A stretch of 64,000 bases of DNA from sequence record NC_061450.1; one strand, 5' to 3'. The notes under the pieces were generated by a model. The model made no database searches, had not been told where the DNA came from, and saw nothing but the letters and a program-made list of their open reading frames with translations. Of the stretch, positions 1 to 10,273 are shown piece by piece. The position numbers and the translations under genes were made by a program. The first letter of the stretch is position 1, and the number at the start of each line of letters is the position of its first letter.

Positions 1-1416
1 ATGCTTGGGCGTCTCAACGTCGGACACTTTAGTTCAGAAGTAACCAGAAAGGCGTTTCGGCGCCTTAACAAGCTGGTGGAAGTCAAAGGTGAGATTCTCG
101 ATTGGGAGGACTTGTTAGAAGACCCCAACCTCGCCGAAGACTTCCGTGATGAACTGCGTGCATCGGAAGATGTGCCTGCCAAAACACGCAGCGGCTATGA
201 CCGTATTTATGATGGCCTTGAGAAGTATCGCAAGCGCCGTCACATTGCAGCACTAGGGAGACGTATCGCCAAAGACCTCGACACTGACGAGGAAGATTTT
301 GATGAGGACACGTATCTGCGAGAAGTTGCAGACGAACTCAATCAGGCACAAAAAGGCAGCAACATCACCGAGAAAGTTTGGACGTTCGGTGGTAAGAAAG
401 GCAATGCTGTCAAACTGGCAAAACAAGCCATCAACAACCCACAGGAGTTGATGTACAAAACTGGCTATAAAACGTATGACGACAAAAACGGCGGCTGGCC
501 TACAACTGGTGTAATCCTGCTGGCGGGTTCAACGTCGGGCGGTAAGTCTGTGCTGTCAATGAACATCGCAGACCGTATGTCTCGTATCAACGGCATTCAC
601 ACCCTCAAGATAACTCTTGAAATGACTGCCGAGCAGGAAATGAATCGTATGCTGGCGATGATCGCTGGCGTGCCGTTCTGGAAGATCAAGCAAAAGAAAC
701 TTAGTGATCGTGAGAAGACCAAACTCCTCAAGGCTGCTAAGGACTATGACAAACAGCTACGCAAATCGAAATCGAAAAACAGTTTCGTGAGTCCTGAGCG
801 TGGCATGACGATTGAAGACGTCCTGTACATGACCGTGCCGTACGGCGTGCAGGTAAGTTTCATCGACTACGTTGGTCTGCTTGAAGGTGTTGACAGTGAC
901 AACCAGTGGCGTGAGTTATCGACTATCGTCCGTAAGGCGAAAGTACATGCTCAGAAAACTGGCCAGCTCATTGTTATTCTGTGTCAGCTTGATGACCAGT
1001 CTGGACGTATTCGTTACTCTGGCGGTATGCGTGAGCACGCCGACGTTGTGTGGGCTTGGAACTATTCAGACCCAGAAGTACGTGAGACCAAGATCATTCC
1101 TGTGCAGGTCATGAAAGCGCGTGATGGTGAATTGTTTGAAATGCCGTTGCGTGATATCTTTGAACAGATGCGCGTCGATGATGCCGAAGAAGGTACTGAG
1201 ATTCCGCAGCAAGCTCGTTCGGCTATCGAAGACGATAAAGGCGAGAAGAAGTTCAAAAAAGGTAATTTCAAGAAGAAGAAAGTTGACGAGATTCCACTGA
1301 AAAAGAATCGTCGTTCAGCCTCAGATTTCTTGAAAGGTAATGACCGTGATGGTGACACAGATGACGATGACGACATCCTGCCGAAGAAGAAAAAGAAAAA
1401 GAAATATGTGGTGTAG
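1..1416 (+). CDS. dnaB: DnaB-like replicative helicase (5' end outside window)
   Basis: Walker A ILLAGSTSGGKS, ITLEM, Walker B SFIDYVGLL, IVILCQL, IRYSGGMREHAD; charged C-terminal tail ending PKKKKKKKYVV. Confidence 0.9.
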   Translation: MLGRLNVGHFSSEVTRKAFRRLNKLVEVKGEILDWEDLLEDPNLAEDFRDELRASEDVPAKTRSGYDRIYDGLEKYRKRRHIAALGRRIAKDLDTDEEDFDEDTYLREVADELNQAQKGSNITEKVWTFGGKKGNAVKLAKQAINNPQELMYKTGYKTYDDKNGGWPTTGVILLAGSTSGGKSVLSMNIADRMSRINGIHTLKITLEMTAEQEMNRMLAMIAGVPFWKIKQKKLSDREKTKLLKAAKDYDKQLRKSKSKNSFVSPERGMTIEDVLYMTVPYGVQVSFIDYVGLLEGVDSDNQWRELSTIVRKAKVHAQKTGQLIVILCQLDDQSGRIRYSGGMREHADVVWAWNYSDPEVRETKIIPVQVMKARDGELFEMPLRDIFEQMRVDDAEEGTEIPQQARSAIEDDKGEKKFKKGNFKKKKVDEIPLKKNRRSASDFLKGNDRDGDTDDDDDILPKKKKKKKYVV

Positions 1417-1419
1417 CGG

Positions 1420-2214
1420 ATGACTACTCGTCCGTATGAATCACCGTATGGTGTAATAGAGTCAGCAAACTTGGTCCCTCGTTGGACCAAGTCTGTTGTT
1501 CACGGCTCCGTTCGACGTGTCGAAGAATGGGAGCTGGAGGTGCTGACTAATAGTGTACGCGAAGTTTCTTTCGTAAACGACATTCATGCAATCCATCAAA
1601 ATCAAGTGGTAGAAGCAGATGACGATGACCAGCTTGACCTCGACGCAGAACTCACCGCGCAGGAAAAAACTGCCAGCCGACTTCTTATCAAGCCTAAGCT
1701 CCACAAAATCCGTAATCGTAACAGAAAAGATGAGACTGGTCCAGAAAACGTCTTCGATGTAAGCGACAAGACAATTGATCGCGAAGTCCGACGCATCGAT
1801 ACCAAGTCTCGCAAGATCAGACGCCTGCTGCTGGGTAACGTTGTAAGCACGATGATCGGCTACGACATTGCCGCTGGTGAGACTGAGGCTATTGCGCGGG
1901 ACTGCCTGCAGACTCCTGTTGAAATTGACGATGAGTTGGTTCCATACATGGAGCGCATTGGTCTGGCTAATATCCTGGGTAGCTTTCTCGCCGACTCAGA
2001 ACACATTCCAGAACAGGTAAAATCTGATGTGTTGAAAGACCTGTTGATTAAATGGTTTGACGACATGCGTAATGAGGACAAGGCGAAAAACAAGTCAGGC
2101 TACCTGCGTAGATTGAAGCAAGAATTTGATGGCCTTATTGCACAGCAATCCGGTCCTAGTCTAGGAACAACCCGAGGTTTCTCCGAGTTAAGAAAACGCG
2201 AACAGAATGGCTAA
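1420..2214 (+). CDS. hypothetical protein overlapping the terminase start (small-terminase candidate by position only)
   Basis: 264-aa ORF; stop overlaps terminase ATG by 8 nt; no recognised motif; start uncertain. Confidence 0.6.
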   Translation: MTTRPYESPYGVIESANLVPRWTKSVVHGSVRRVEEWELEVLTNSVREVSFVNDIHAIHQNQVVEADDDDQLDLDAELTAQEKTASRLLIKPKLHKIRNRNRKDETGPENVFDVSDKTIDREVRRIDTKSRKIRRLLLGNVVSTMIGYDIAAGETEAIARDCLQTPVEIDDELVPYMERIGLANILGSFLADSEHIPEQVKSDVLKDLLIKWFDDMRNEDKAKNKSGYLRRLKQEFDGLIAQQSGPSLGTTRGFSELRKREQNG

Positions 2215-5014
2215 ACCGAAGAAGGGACCGGCATTCACCATTAACCCAAAGCGTATCATGGCTTTCGATGCGCTGTTGGGTGATGATGTAGATGCGGTAG
2301 ATACTCAGGTAGATTTCTTATCTGAGAATAGTGGAAGCTCTATAGCGTTTCTTGAAAAAGGCGAAGTCAACATTGTTGATATCGTTGACAAGGCACTGGA
2401 AGACCGTGCGCTTGTACCACGAGATCTCAAGTTCGATGACAGCGCCATGCCTCGTCCTGCAAACTTCCTTGAGTGGACAACAAGTCCTAACTTCCTCAAG
2501 GCAGACCCATACCTAGAACAGGCCCTGATTGGTATCAGACTGTTTGGCGAATGGTGTCCACGCTGCTCTAACAAAGAGTGGATAAACATAGAAAGTCACG
2601 AGCCGCAAGAAGGCATTGCTGGAATCCGCAAGAATTTAACCTTGTTGGAACACGGCAAGTGCCCGAAGTGCGGCGTTCGTCGTTCTGAGCTCCTGAAAAA
2701 GGACGAATTACACTTCTACAACGAGCTGGCCGTAAACGCCGGACAGCGTTGTGTGAGTGGTACCACGCCTGTTGTTACCAATGGTGGCATCAAGCCAATC
2801 AGTCACATGTTTATCGGGCACACAACACCCGGCTTCCATCAGGCACGTTTAGGCTGTAGTGCGCACAATGGAACGCGTGTTAGTCGTGTCAAACAGATTT
2901 ATATCAGCAAAGAAGAACAGACCAAGTGTGTTGTGCTTGAGAACGGTATGTTCATCGAGGCAACTCATGATCATCCTATCCGCACTGAGTCCGGCTTTAA
3001 GCACGTAGGCAACATCAAGCCTGGAGCAATGGTCCAGCTCGTTCTAGGTACTAACTCTTGGGGCAAGCTGACCAAGCCTACAAGCATCTTTGATGCAGGC
3101 AAGAGTACCAGACAGGCAGCTCTGGAGTATCTCAAGAATCACTCCATAAGCAGCGAAGGCACACAGTACGTTTACGCCGCTGATTCGGAGCACGCCCAGA
3201 TGGCTTGGTCCATCCTGTGCAATGCTGGCTACAGTCCTGTGGTGCATCGTAGTGAGGACGAGTTCTTTGTTGTGTTTGACCTCACGCTTGAATGCAAACC
3301 ACGATCGATTCATCTTGCTGTTACTGATGTGTTCGATACAGAGCCTCAGATAACGTATGACCTTTGTATGGACGGCATGCCTCAGTTTGTCAGTGCTGGC
3401 ATGTTGAGCCACAACAGTGGTAAGTCCGTTGTAACAGCAATGATCTCAACGTACCTTACGCAAAAGATTCTGATGAGTCAGAGTCCTACAGGCATCTTGG
3501 GTATCGATCCCACGACAATGCTGCACGGTACGTTCGTCGCACTGACGCAAAAGCAGGCCAGTGATACACTGTGGACTCCATACTTCCAGTATATATCACA
3601 GAGCCCGTGGTTCCAGAGCTATCACGAAATCATCCGTCGCCATGAACGGCGCTATGGCATAGAGGTCATGAAGATTCGTGACACGTTTGTGATGTACGGA
3701 CACAGGAACCTTGTTGTTTATCCAGCAGGTCCTGATGGTCGTATCCTGCGTGGTCGTACTCGTATCTTTGCGGCAATCGATGAGGTGGCATACTTCGACA
3801 ACGATGCAGACTCGAAAAAGGTTAAGGCCAGTGCCAACATGGTGTATGGAGCACTTGACCGAAGTCTTGCAACGGTACGAAGCGCCCAACGTAAACAGAT
3901 TGCTGCTGGCTATGACGATGCGTTTACAGGCTACTTCTTCAATATCTCCAGCCCGGTACACGCACGCGACAAGATCAACGAACTTCTGCGTCTCAGCTAT
4001 GGCTCCAAGACTATCTTGGGCATTCATGCACCCACGTGGAAGATGAACCCAACAATGCCACGCGACAGTGAATTCCTTGTGGAAGCATTTCGTCGTGACC
4101 CTGTCGGAGCAGCGCGTGATTACGGAGCAGAGGCACCACTGTCTGCCAACCCGTTTATCACTCAGCCCATCTTTATCGAACGCGCCATTCGCGAGAAAGG
4201 ACGCAACAAGGTCAAGTACACCCACCAGCTTGTCAAGTACAGGGACGGCAAGCAGCGTTATGGCTCGATACTCAAAGGTGCTACAACGCAGCAACCATCC
4301 ATCATGGCAATCGATGCGGGCTACAGCAACAACAGCTTTGCAATGGTAATCGGTACTCGAACTGATGACGGTGTTATTCACGTTGATGTGCTGGTGGAGA
4401 TTATGCCAAAGCCAGGCATACCTCTCAACTACAGCAAGATATTCGATGAACTGTTGGTTCCACTAAGCAAGCTGCGCAACGTTCGCGTGCTGCTTGCTGA
4501 CCAATGGCAGTCGATTAAACTGTTGCAGGATGCCATGGCTAAAGCTGATATGGACGCCGCTGATCAGTACAGTCTCAAGTACAAAGATATGTGGGGTGTT
4601 AAAACCTTGCTTGAGTCGGACCCAAGTCGTGTCACACTGCCTCGTCTTGAATACGCAGAAACCATTCAGGACACATTGAAGTACGACGGTGATGAATATC
4701 CGTGGTGCTTTGAAGGCAAGCCAACAGAGCACTTGATGATGCAGCTCCAGACCGTTCAGGACACAGGGCACAGCGTTGTCAAGAACACAGGCGCAACAGA
4801 TGACTTGTGGCGTGCTATGGCACTGATGGTCAGAGGCTTTGAGTGTGGCGATTACGATGACTGGCTGAGAAAACGTGAGGAGAAAATCTCTAACCGTGAT
4901 CCGGCTCGTCTTGGTGTTCGTGCAGGTCGTGTCAACATGGGTCAGACTATGACCAAGAATCTTGGCTCGAAAGCGCTGGGAAGTCTGCGTCAGAGGAACA
5001 TTGCACGCAAGTAG
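2207..5014 (+). CDS. terminase large subunit, intein-containing
   Basis: After intein removal Walker A reads AGQR|SGKS; GRILRGRT, Walker B FAAIDEVAY, ISSP, RNase H-like IMAIDAG and TDDLW; two N-terminal CPxC motifs. Confidence 0.9.
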   Translation: MAKPKKGPAFTINPKRIMAFDALLGDDVDAVDTQVDFLSENSGSSIAFLEKGEVNIVDIVDKALEDRALVPRDLKFDDSAMPRPANFLEWTTSPNFLKADPYLEQALIGIRLFGEWCPRCSNKEWINIESHEPQEGIAGIRKNLTLLEHGKCPKCGVRRSELLKKDELHFYNELAVNAGQRCVSGTTPVVTNGGIKPISHMFIGHTTPGFHQARLGCSAHNGTRVSRVKQIYISKEEQTKCVVLENGMFIEATHDHPIRTESGFKHVGNIKPGAMVQLVLGTNSWGKLTKPTSIFDAGKSTRQAALEYLKNHSISSEGTQYVYAADSEHAQMAWSILCNAGYSPVVHRSEDEFFVVFDLTLECKPRSIHLAVTDVFDTEPQITYDLCMDGMPQFVSAGMLSHNSGKSVVTAMISTYLTQKILMSQSPTGILGIDPTTMLHGTFVALTQKQASDTLWTPYFQYISQSPWFQSYHEIIRRHERRYGIEVMKIRDTFVMYGHRNLVVYPAGPDGRILRGRTRIFAAIDEVAYFDNDADSKKVKASANMVYGALDRSLATVRSAQRKQIAAGYDDAFTGYFFNISSPVHARDKINELLRLSYGSKTILGIHAPTWKMNPTMPRDSEFLVEAFRRDPVGAARDYGAEAPLSANPFITQPIFIERAIREKGRNKVKYTHQLVKYRDGKQRYGSILKGATTQQPSIMAIDAGYSNNSFAMVIGTRTDDGVIHVDVLVEIMPKPGIPLNYSKIFDELLVPLSKLRNVRVLLADQWQSIKLLQDAMAKADMDAADQYSLKYKDMWGVKTLLESDPSRVTLPRLEYAETIQDTLKYDGDEYPWCFEGKPTEHLMMQLQTVQDTGHSVVKNTGATDDLWRAMALMVRGFECGDYDDWLRKREEKISNRDPARLGVRAGRVNMGQTMTKNLGSKALGSLRQRNIARK
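2750..3415 (+). mobile_element. intein (222 aa) in terminase Walker A, degenerate endonuclease
   Basis: Begins CVSGTTPV, block B EATHDHPI, ends MLSHN followed by Ser; too short for an intact LAGLIDADG domain. Confidence 0.9.
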
Positions 5015-5055
5015 GCAGGAATTGCTAATTTGAATGCAACACAAGGAGAAACGAC

Positions 5056-5289
5056 ATGACTACCAAACCAAAGTTTTTCAACCCATTACTCCCACAAACG
5101 CAGCCTTCAACTGTAAAGTCACAGAGTGCTGACTCCGACTTTGTATCTGCCTCAGGTGCATTCGCCATTGAAAACCCTAATCAGTGTCCAAAGTGCAATT
5201 CTGCAACTGTGCGCACTGATCTGATGGATGGCGAAAACGTGATGTTCTGCACCAACTGCCGTGTGAGTATGGCTCTTAAACAACAGTGA
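5056..5289 (+). CDS. small zinc-ribbon protein
   Basis: CPKC...CTNC; RBS AAGGAG upstream. Confidence 0.75.
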   Translation: MTTKPKFFNPLLPQTQPSTVKSQSADSDFVSASGAFAIENPNQCPKCNSATVRTDLMDGENVMFCTNCRVSMALKQQ

Positions 5290-5296
5290 GGTTCCG

Positions 5297-7240
5297 ATGG
5301 GTATTCGCGTAGGAAGAGGTGTGCAGTCGACCAGTTCGACAGCTACACCCACAACGCAGAAAGACCTGAAGGCCAAGCGATCAACAGTGGGTACTGCCAG
5401 TCTCAGTCGTGAGATTGGCAATGCTATTCGTCAGGCGAACAACAAGAGTTCGCACGAGTTTATGTCAACTTCACAATCAGGCCAGGCAATGGCTGGTGGG
5501 AACATGCAGACCGGTGCAATCCCACTAGACATTGACCTTGAGCCTATGATGGAAGGCATGGACTATGATGCTGATGATCGACAGCTATTCAACGTCTACC
5601 GTGACATTTATAACTTTGACCCAATCTGCGGCGCCTATGTTGACCTGTTTTCAACCCTGCCGTTTTCTGATGTAAGTTTCAGTGGTGCAAAGGACTCGAT
5701 ACTGGACCCGTTTTATGAGGTGAATGAGCGTCTCGGACTCACGTCTGCAATGCCAAACATCACCACAGACATACAGGTCACAGGCGCTTTCTGCGGCTCA
5801 ATGCTGTACAACAAAGATCGTAAGAAGTTTATCGATCTGATGACGCACCGTTATGACAATCTGGACGTAACGCCCCTGCCGTTCATCAACCAAGACCCAA
5901 TGTTTGAACTGCGTATCCCGCAAGAAGTCAAACAGGCCTTTGCCAAAGACGGCAAACGTATGGATGCCCTGCGCAAAGAGCTGGGTCCAGCATTCGTTGA
6001 GAAGCTGATGGGTGAGCGCATGGAGCTTGACCCGATTGGTACAATCTACATTCCTCGCAAGACGTTTACGTTCGGCGAAGGCGTGTCAGTGTTCCGTCGT
6101 GTGCTTCCCATCTGGCTTATTGAAAAGAACCTGTATCGTGGTACACTGATTGAGTCCGGCCGCAGACAGCGTGGTATTCTTCATGCTCAGCTTGGTGACG
6201 GCGACCAGTGGGAACCATCGGTAGAAGAAATGGACTTTATCACTGACCTGCTGCTTAGTGCAGACAGTGACCCAATCGGCTCAATCATTACAACCCGTTT
6301 GGGCGTAAATATCAGTGAGTTCCGTCAGGGTGGTGACTTCTGGAAAATCAGTGATTTCTGGGACCAGAGTTCACAGTTCAAGATGCGTGCAATGGGAATC
6401 AGTGAGGCATTCCTCAGCGGTGAAGCCAACTATGACAGTGGTGCTGCTGGCCTGACTATCTTTGTTGAATCCATGCGTGCGTTCCGTGATCACCTGACAC
6501 GTAAAGTCTACTATGAGAAGGTCTTCCCACTTATCAGTTTGATGAATGGCCTTGCTGTTCAGAAGAATGGTAAGATCGTTAAGAAGAACAATCTCATGGA
6601 TGGTGGTACTGCTGAGATCATGCACCGTTTGGCTGATGGTTCAAAGCTGTTTATTCCAAACGTTCACTGGTCTAAGCAACTGCGTCCTGACGTTGACCAA
6701 GCAATGATGGAAAACCTGCGTACCATGACTGAGCTGGGTGTTCCTGTTCCGTTGCGTGCTATTGCTGCTGCTGGTGGATTCAACTTTGACCAGTTGCTGA
6801 TGGATCAAGATGAGGACTTGGCGATGCGTCGCAAGCTGGGACGCTATCACAAAGCACAGCAGGAGATTGATCGTGAGTTCGCCTTGCCTGAACCTGGCAT
6901 GGGCGACAGCGAAAGCTCTGCATTCAACAGCGTATCAAGCACCAGTAGTCGTATTGCAGGCTTGGGCAGTCGTGGTAGTTCTTCTATTCTGAATGGCCGT
7001 AAACGCAAGCACATCCTTGATCGTGACTACGGCGAACACTCAGAAATGTTTGAACTGTCCAAGACAGGCAAGAAGAAACACATCTTCCGTCAGGCTGTTG
7101 CTAATCAGAAAGCCAACGACAACATTCTGAAAAGCATCAACAACTTTGAACGCCATCGTAATCTGCCGCTTGATTCAGGACAGGTTAGCCATCGTCCATC
7201 TGCAAACGAGCTGGCAGCACTAAGAAAAGGTATGCGCTGA
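5297..7240 (+). CDS. probable portal protein
   Basis: 647 aa just downstream of terminase; YNFDPICGAYVD and portal-like helical organisation with flexible termini; assigned from position and resemblance. Confidence 0.65.
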   Translation: MGIRVGRGVQSTSSTATPTTQKDLKAKRSTVGTASLSREIGNAIRQANNKSSHEFMSTSQSGQAMAGGNMQTGAIPLDIDLEPMMEGMDYDADDRQLFNVYRDIYNFDPICGAYVDLFSTLPFSDVSFSGAKDSILDPFYEVNERLGLTSAMPNITTDIQVTGAFCGSMLYNKDRKKFIDLMTHRYDNLDVTPLPFINQDPMFELRIPQEVKQAFAKDGKRMDALRKELGPAFVEKLMGERMELDPIGTIYIPRKTFTFGEGVSVFRRVLPIWLIEKNLYRGTLIESGRRQRGILHAQLGDGDQWEPSVEEMDFITDLLLSADSDPIGSIITTRLGVNISEFRQGGDFWKISDFWDQSSQFKMRAMGISEAFLSGEANYDSGAAGLTIFVESMRAFRDHLTRKVYYEKVFPLISLMNGLAVQKNGKIVKKNNLMDGGTAEIMHRLADGSKLFIPNVHWSKQLRPDVDQAMMENLRTMTELGVPVPLRAIAAAGGFNFDQLLMDQDEDLAMRRKLGRYHKAQQEIDREFALPEPGMGDSESSAFNSVSSTSSRIAGLGSRGSSSILNGRKRKHILDRDYGEHSEMFELSKTGKKKHIFRQAVANQKANDNILKSINNFERHRNLPLDSGQVSHRPSANELAALRKGMR

Positions 7241-7701
7241 TGTATCGTTTCCCTGTACGCAATCTCGAAGGCACGGCATTAAACATTGTCTATATCCATC
7301 CAACGTTCACTGACTACGGTGTTGGCTTTCGCGTTGAGCACCAACCGCAGGAGTCCTTTGTTCGTTGTGATGTGGTGACTGGTGATATTCAAAACAAAAA
7401 GCAGCTACGCACTCTGGAGGACTTTAGTGCTCCTCTGGATGTAATGCTGTGGGCTTTGAATGCCATGCGTATTATTCAGAACAATACTGTAAATACAGCA
7501 AGCATTGATATTGATGACTTGTTTGCCAATCACGGCGGCAAAGTTGTCTACGACGCAGCCCCTGCTGCACCAGCAACCTCAGAAACAGAAGCAGACCAGT
7601 CGCAGGCAGATCAGGAGTCCAAAAACACTGAGCAGTCTGAGGCAGACACTGAACAAGTCGAAGAGGATAGTGAAGATACTAATCAGGAGAGTACATCGTG
7701 A
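7240..7701 (+). CDS. hypothetical protein with acidic tail
   Basis: Coupled to previous stop (TGATG); E/D/Q-rich C-terminus. Confidence 0.65.
   Translation: MYRFPVRNLEGTALNIVYIHPTFTDYGVGFRVEHQPQESFVRCDVVTGDIQNKKQLRTLEDFSAPLDVMLWALNAMRIIQNNTVNTASIDIDDLFANHGGKVVYDAAPAAPATSETEADQSQADQESKNTEQSEADTEQVEEDSEDTNQESTS
7487..7495 (+). promoter_or_regulatory. CTGTAAATA motif (intragenic copy, about 200 nt before 7698)
   Basis: Exact match to repeated motif but inside a CDS. Confidence 0.3.
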
Positions 7702-8075
7702 GTGGTCTGTTTACCCATCGCGTTTTAGATTACAAGCCGGGCTTCCACTTTGTCGTTGAACCAGTTGTGTCCGACGATGAAGAATCCGTGTCAATGGCTC
7801 AAGACCTTGAGAATATTCTCAACAAGCATTGGGCCAAGAAAGCACCAAGTCAGCTTACCGTTGCCGAAGTGCAGGACAGTGAAGAAGCCGAGCTGATTTA
7901 TGCAGACGCCTTTACGCTGCTGCAAGACCTGGACAATCCTCTGGCGGACGCTCTTATCGTCGGCTCAGTGACTGTCATTGGTGACATGTGCCTTGTTCAG
8001 TGCATGTTGGGTGACGACGAAGACGACGAAGACGAAGATGATTCCGTTGAAGCCGACGACGAAGACTTCGAGTGA
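7698..8075 (+). CDS. hypothetical acidic protein
   Basis: GTG start overlapping previous stop, RBS CAGGAG; D/E-rich C-terminus. Confidence 0.65.
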   Translation: MSGLFTHRVLDYKPGFHFVVEPVVSDDEESVSMAQDLENILNKHWAKKAPSQLTVAEVQDSEEAELIYADAFTLLQDLDNPLADALIVGSVTVIGDMCLVQCMLGDDEDDEDEDDSVEADDEDFE

Positions 8076-8081
8076 TCACGG

Positions 8082-8108
8082 TGAGGACCTTCGGGTCCTC
8101 ATTAATTT
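8082..8108 (+). terminator. intrinsic terminator-like hairpin
   Basis: TGAGGACC-TTCG-GGTCCTCA followed by TTAATTT. Confidence 0.65.
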
Positions 8109-8231
8109 AAGTCCAGACACTGTTGCCGCGTGCAGCTTTCTGGTCAAACTTGATAGGTCAGTGGCTGCGTCCCTGGTCAAACAACTCGATGACGCTGAGA
8201 TCACTGAACTCTACCAAAAACTGGTGGACGG

Positions 8232-8693
8232 ATGGAACAACAACGCGATAATGTAAAGCACAGAATCTATACTGGCATGCCTACAAAGCTACCGCCATTT
8301 GATTCCGGATTTGTGCATCAGCACAACCGCGCCGCCCTCAAACTGCTTCTCAAAGCTGCTCCTGATGTGTGTCAGATTGTCACACTAACGGACGGTGTCG
8401 GCGCTGCTTACGCCCTGCGACTCCTCTCTAAGCGAAACTTCCAATTACGCTCGATTGCTCTTGAATTTAACCTGCACGATCTAACCTTTAGTGGCCGAAT
8501 TGCGCACCTATTCGTCAGGGGACAGCAGGATTACACACCACTAAGCCGTTATTTCGCTCGTGGTAGCTCTATGCTGCATGAACTGTCACAGGCGCAGGGT
8601 AACGTGATTGATATGTTTTGTTTCGGCCAGGAGTTCCATCAGGCGTTAAAGCAGCGTGAACGTGGAAAGTCTATTGTATTTGTGGAGGAGTAG
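8232..8693 (+). CDS. hypothetical protein
   Basis: ORF abuts exonuclease start; true start may be ATG near 8277. Confidence 0.55.
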   Translation: MEQQRDNVKHRIYTGMPTKLPPFDSGFVHQHNRAALKLLLKAAPDVCQIVTLTDGVGAAYALRLLSKRNFQLRSIALEFNLHDLTFSGRIAHLFVRGQQDYTPLSRYFARGSSMLHELSQAQGNVIDMFCFGQEFHQALKQRERGKSIVFVEE

Positions 8694-9727
8694 TGCCTAG
8701 ATCGTTTGAATCCGTGGGCAAGACCAGCCCCGTAGGTGAAGTATACGCGACCAAGATTAAATTCGGCAAAAAGCCTATGCTGCATGTAGTCGATGCCTCC
8801 AACTGGATGGCTCGCGCTTTCTTCGCAACGCAAAACGCTGAACCCTATGCTCGTGGTCCTGACGGTACACCAACAGGTGGCCTTAATCAGTTCTTGTCGA
8901 TGGCTCAGACATTAATCGACACAATCAGTAAAGACCCAAACGGATGTTTTATTGCATTCTGCTTTGACCCATCCAGCAAAGAAACGTGGCGCCATCGTGC
9001 CATGAGTCAGTTCGCCTCAGAGAATAAAAAGAGTTACATGAAAAAGGTGTTTCGCCTTAGTCATGACTACAAGGGCAATCGTGATCGCACCAAGTCTCTT
9101 GACCTGCCTGTGCAGATGGCACTTGCTCGTGAGATACTGCAACGTGCTGGCTATTGGGTTGGACTCAAAGCACCTTATGAAGCAGATGACTTGGTGGGAA
9201 CCATTGTATATCGTTTCTGCCCAGACTATCTGATCAAGATGTACAGCCGCGATAAAGACTACGTTCAGTTGGTGTTCAATAAAAACGTTGAACTCATCAT
9301 GCAGCGTCAGTCCAACAGCAAGGAACAACGCTATGATCACAAGACTGCCAAAAACTTCTTTGGCGTGCCTGCTGACCGTGTGCGTGATATGCTGGCGCTA
9401 AGTGGTGACGCGGTTGATAACGTGCCTGGCTACAGCGGTATGGGAGAAAAGACGGCGCGTGACCTTATCAATCAATACGGTTCAGCGCTGGAACTCCAGC
9501 AAGCTGTTATCAGTGGTAAGTGCAAGTCGAAAGCAGCATGGGCTAAACAGCTTCGTGGTGAACTGCCTCACATGCCGCTTGACCTACAACTGGAGCTGGT
9601 AACGATCGACCTTAATGTGCCTAAGCTACCCAAAACGATTGAAGGCTTTGCACCACGTAAAAGTGATGACAAGGCATTGAGAAAATTCAAAAAAGAACTT
9701 GGCCTGAGCCGCCTGCTACATCTATAG
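8693..9727 (+). CDS. 5'-3' exonuclease / flap endonuclease (Pol I N-terminal, T5 D15-like)
   Basis: HVVDASN, YKGNR, EADD, SRDKD, GDAVDNVPG, GMGEKTA (H3TH) motifs. Confidence 0.9.
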   Translation: MPRSFESVGKTSPVGEVYATKIKFGKKPMLHVVDASNWMARAFFATQNAEPYARGPDGTPTGGLNQFLSMAQTLIDTISKDPNGCFIAFCFDPSSKETWRHRAMSQFASENKKSYMKKVFRLSHDYKGNRDRTKSLDLPVQMALAREILQRAGYWVGLKAPYEADDLVGTIVYRFCPDYLIKMYSRDKDYVQLVFNKNVELIMQRQSNSKEQRYDHKTAKNFFGVPADRVRDMLALSGDAVDNVPGYSGMGEKTARDLINQYGSALELQQAVISGKCKSKAAWAKQLRGELPHMPLDLQLELVTIDLNVPKLPKTIEGFAPRKSDDKALRKFKKELGLSRLLHL

Positions 9728-9736
9728 GAGAAGACT

Positions 9737-10273
9737 GTGATTCGTGAGCCACAAGAAATTGAACGCATCAGCCAGCAGTATGTTCAGACTCGCATCAAGA
9801 TGTGGATGACCTATGCCACAACCGTCTACACAATGGGCGTCCGACAGCTTCCTATTGAGTACCAGCAGATCATTGCTGCGTATAAGTTTGCAGCAGGACG
9901 CAGACGGCAGGAAGAAATGCATCAAGACCTACTACAGGCTTTTGATGCCTACGCCTTTATCGACAAGCGATTCACCCCACAGCATTACAATGATTTTGTG
10001 TTTGACCCTGAAATCAAAATCTATGCTGCGGCCATGTGTAAAAACTTCTTTGAAGTCAACATGCTGATGACGTTCCTGTACCTAAAGAACTGCCGCACGT
10101 TCAAAGACATGTGCCTCAAACATCTTCCAAACGGCTATCCTGATACCAGCACGCTCCACATGTGTTGGGACCAGCAAAAGTCAGATGAGCCTGAACACCG
10201 GGGTGAGATTAATCTGATCGACAGCATAAATTCTGTAAATAACGTGTATGAATCGCTGTACGGAGTAAAGTAA
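9737..10273 (+). CDS. hypothetical protein
   Basis: GTG start, RBS AGGAG; coupled to next gene. Confidence 0.65.
   Translation: MIREPQEIERISQQYVQTRIKMWMTYATTVYTMGVRQLPIEYQQIIAAYKFAAGRRRQEEMHQDLLQAFDAYAFIDKRFTPQHYNDFVFDPEIKIYAAAMCKNFFEVNMLMTFLYLKNCRTFKDMCLKHLPNGYPDTSTLHMCWDQQKSDEPEHRGEINLIDSINSVNNVYESLYGVK
10233..10241 (+). promoter_or_regulatory. CTGTAAATA putative phage promoter
   Basis: About 30 nt upstream of macrodomain ATG. Confidence 0.55.

Noticed and set aside
7978-8256. 92-aa ORF or frameshift extension of 7698-8075
   Set aside because: Its 5' half overlaps the acidic gene and crosses a terminator hairpin; no slippery site seen; a ~31-aa product from GTG 8161 is possible but unsupported
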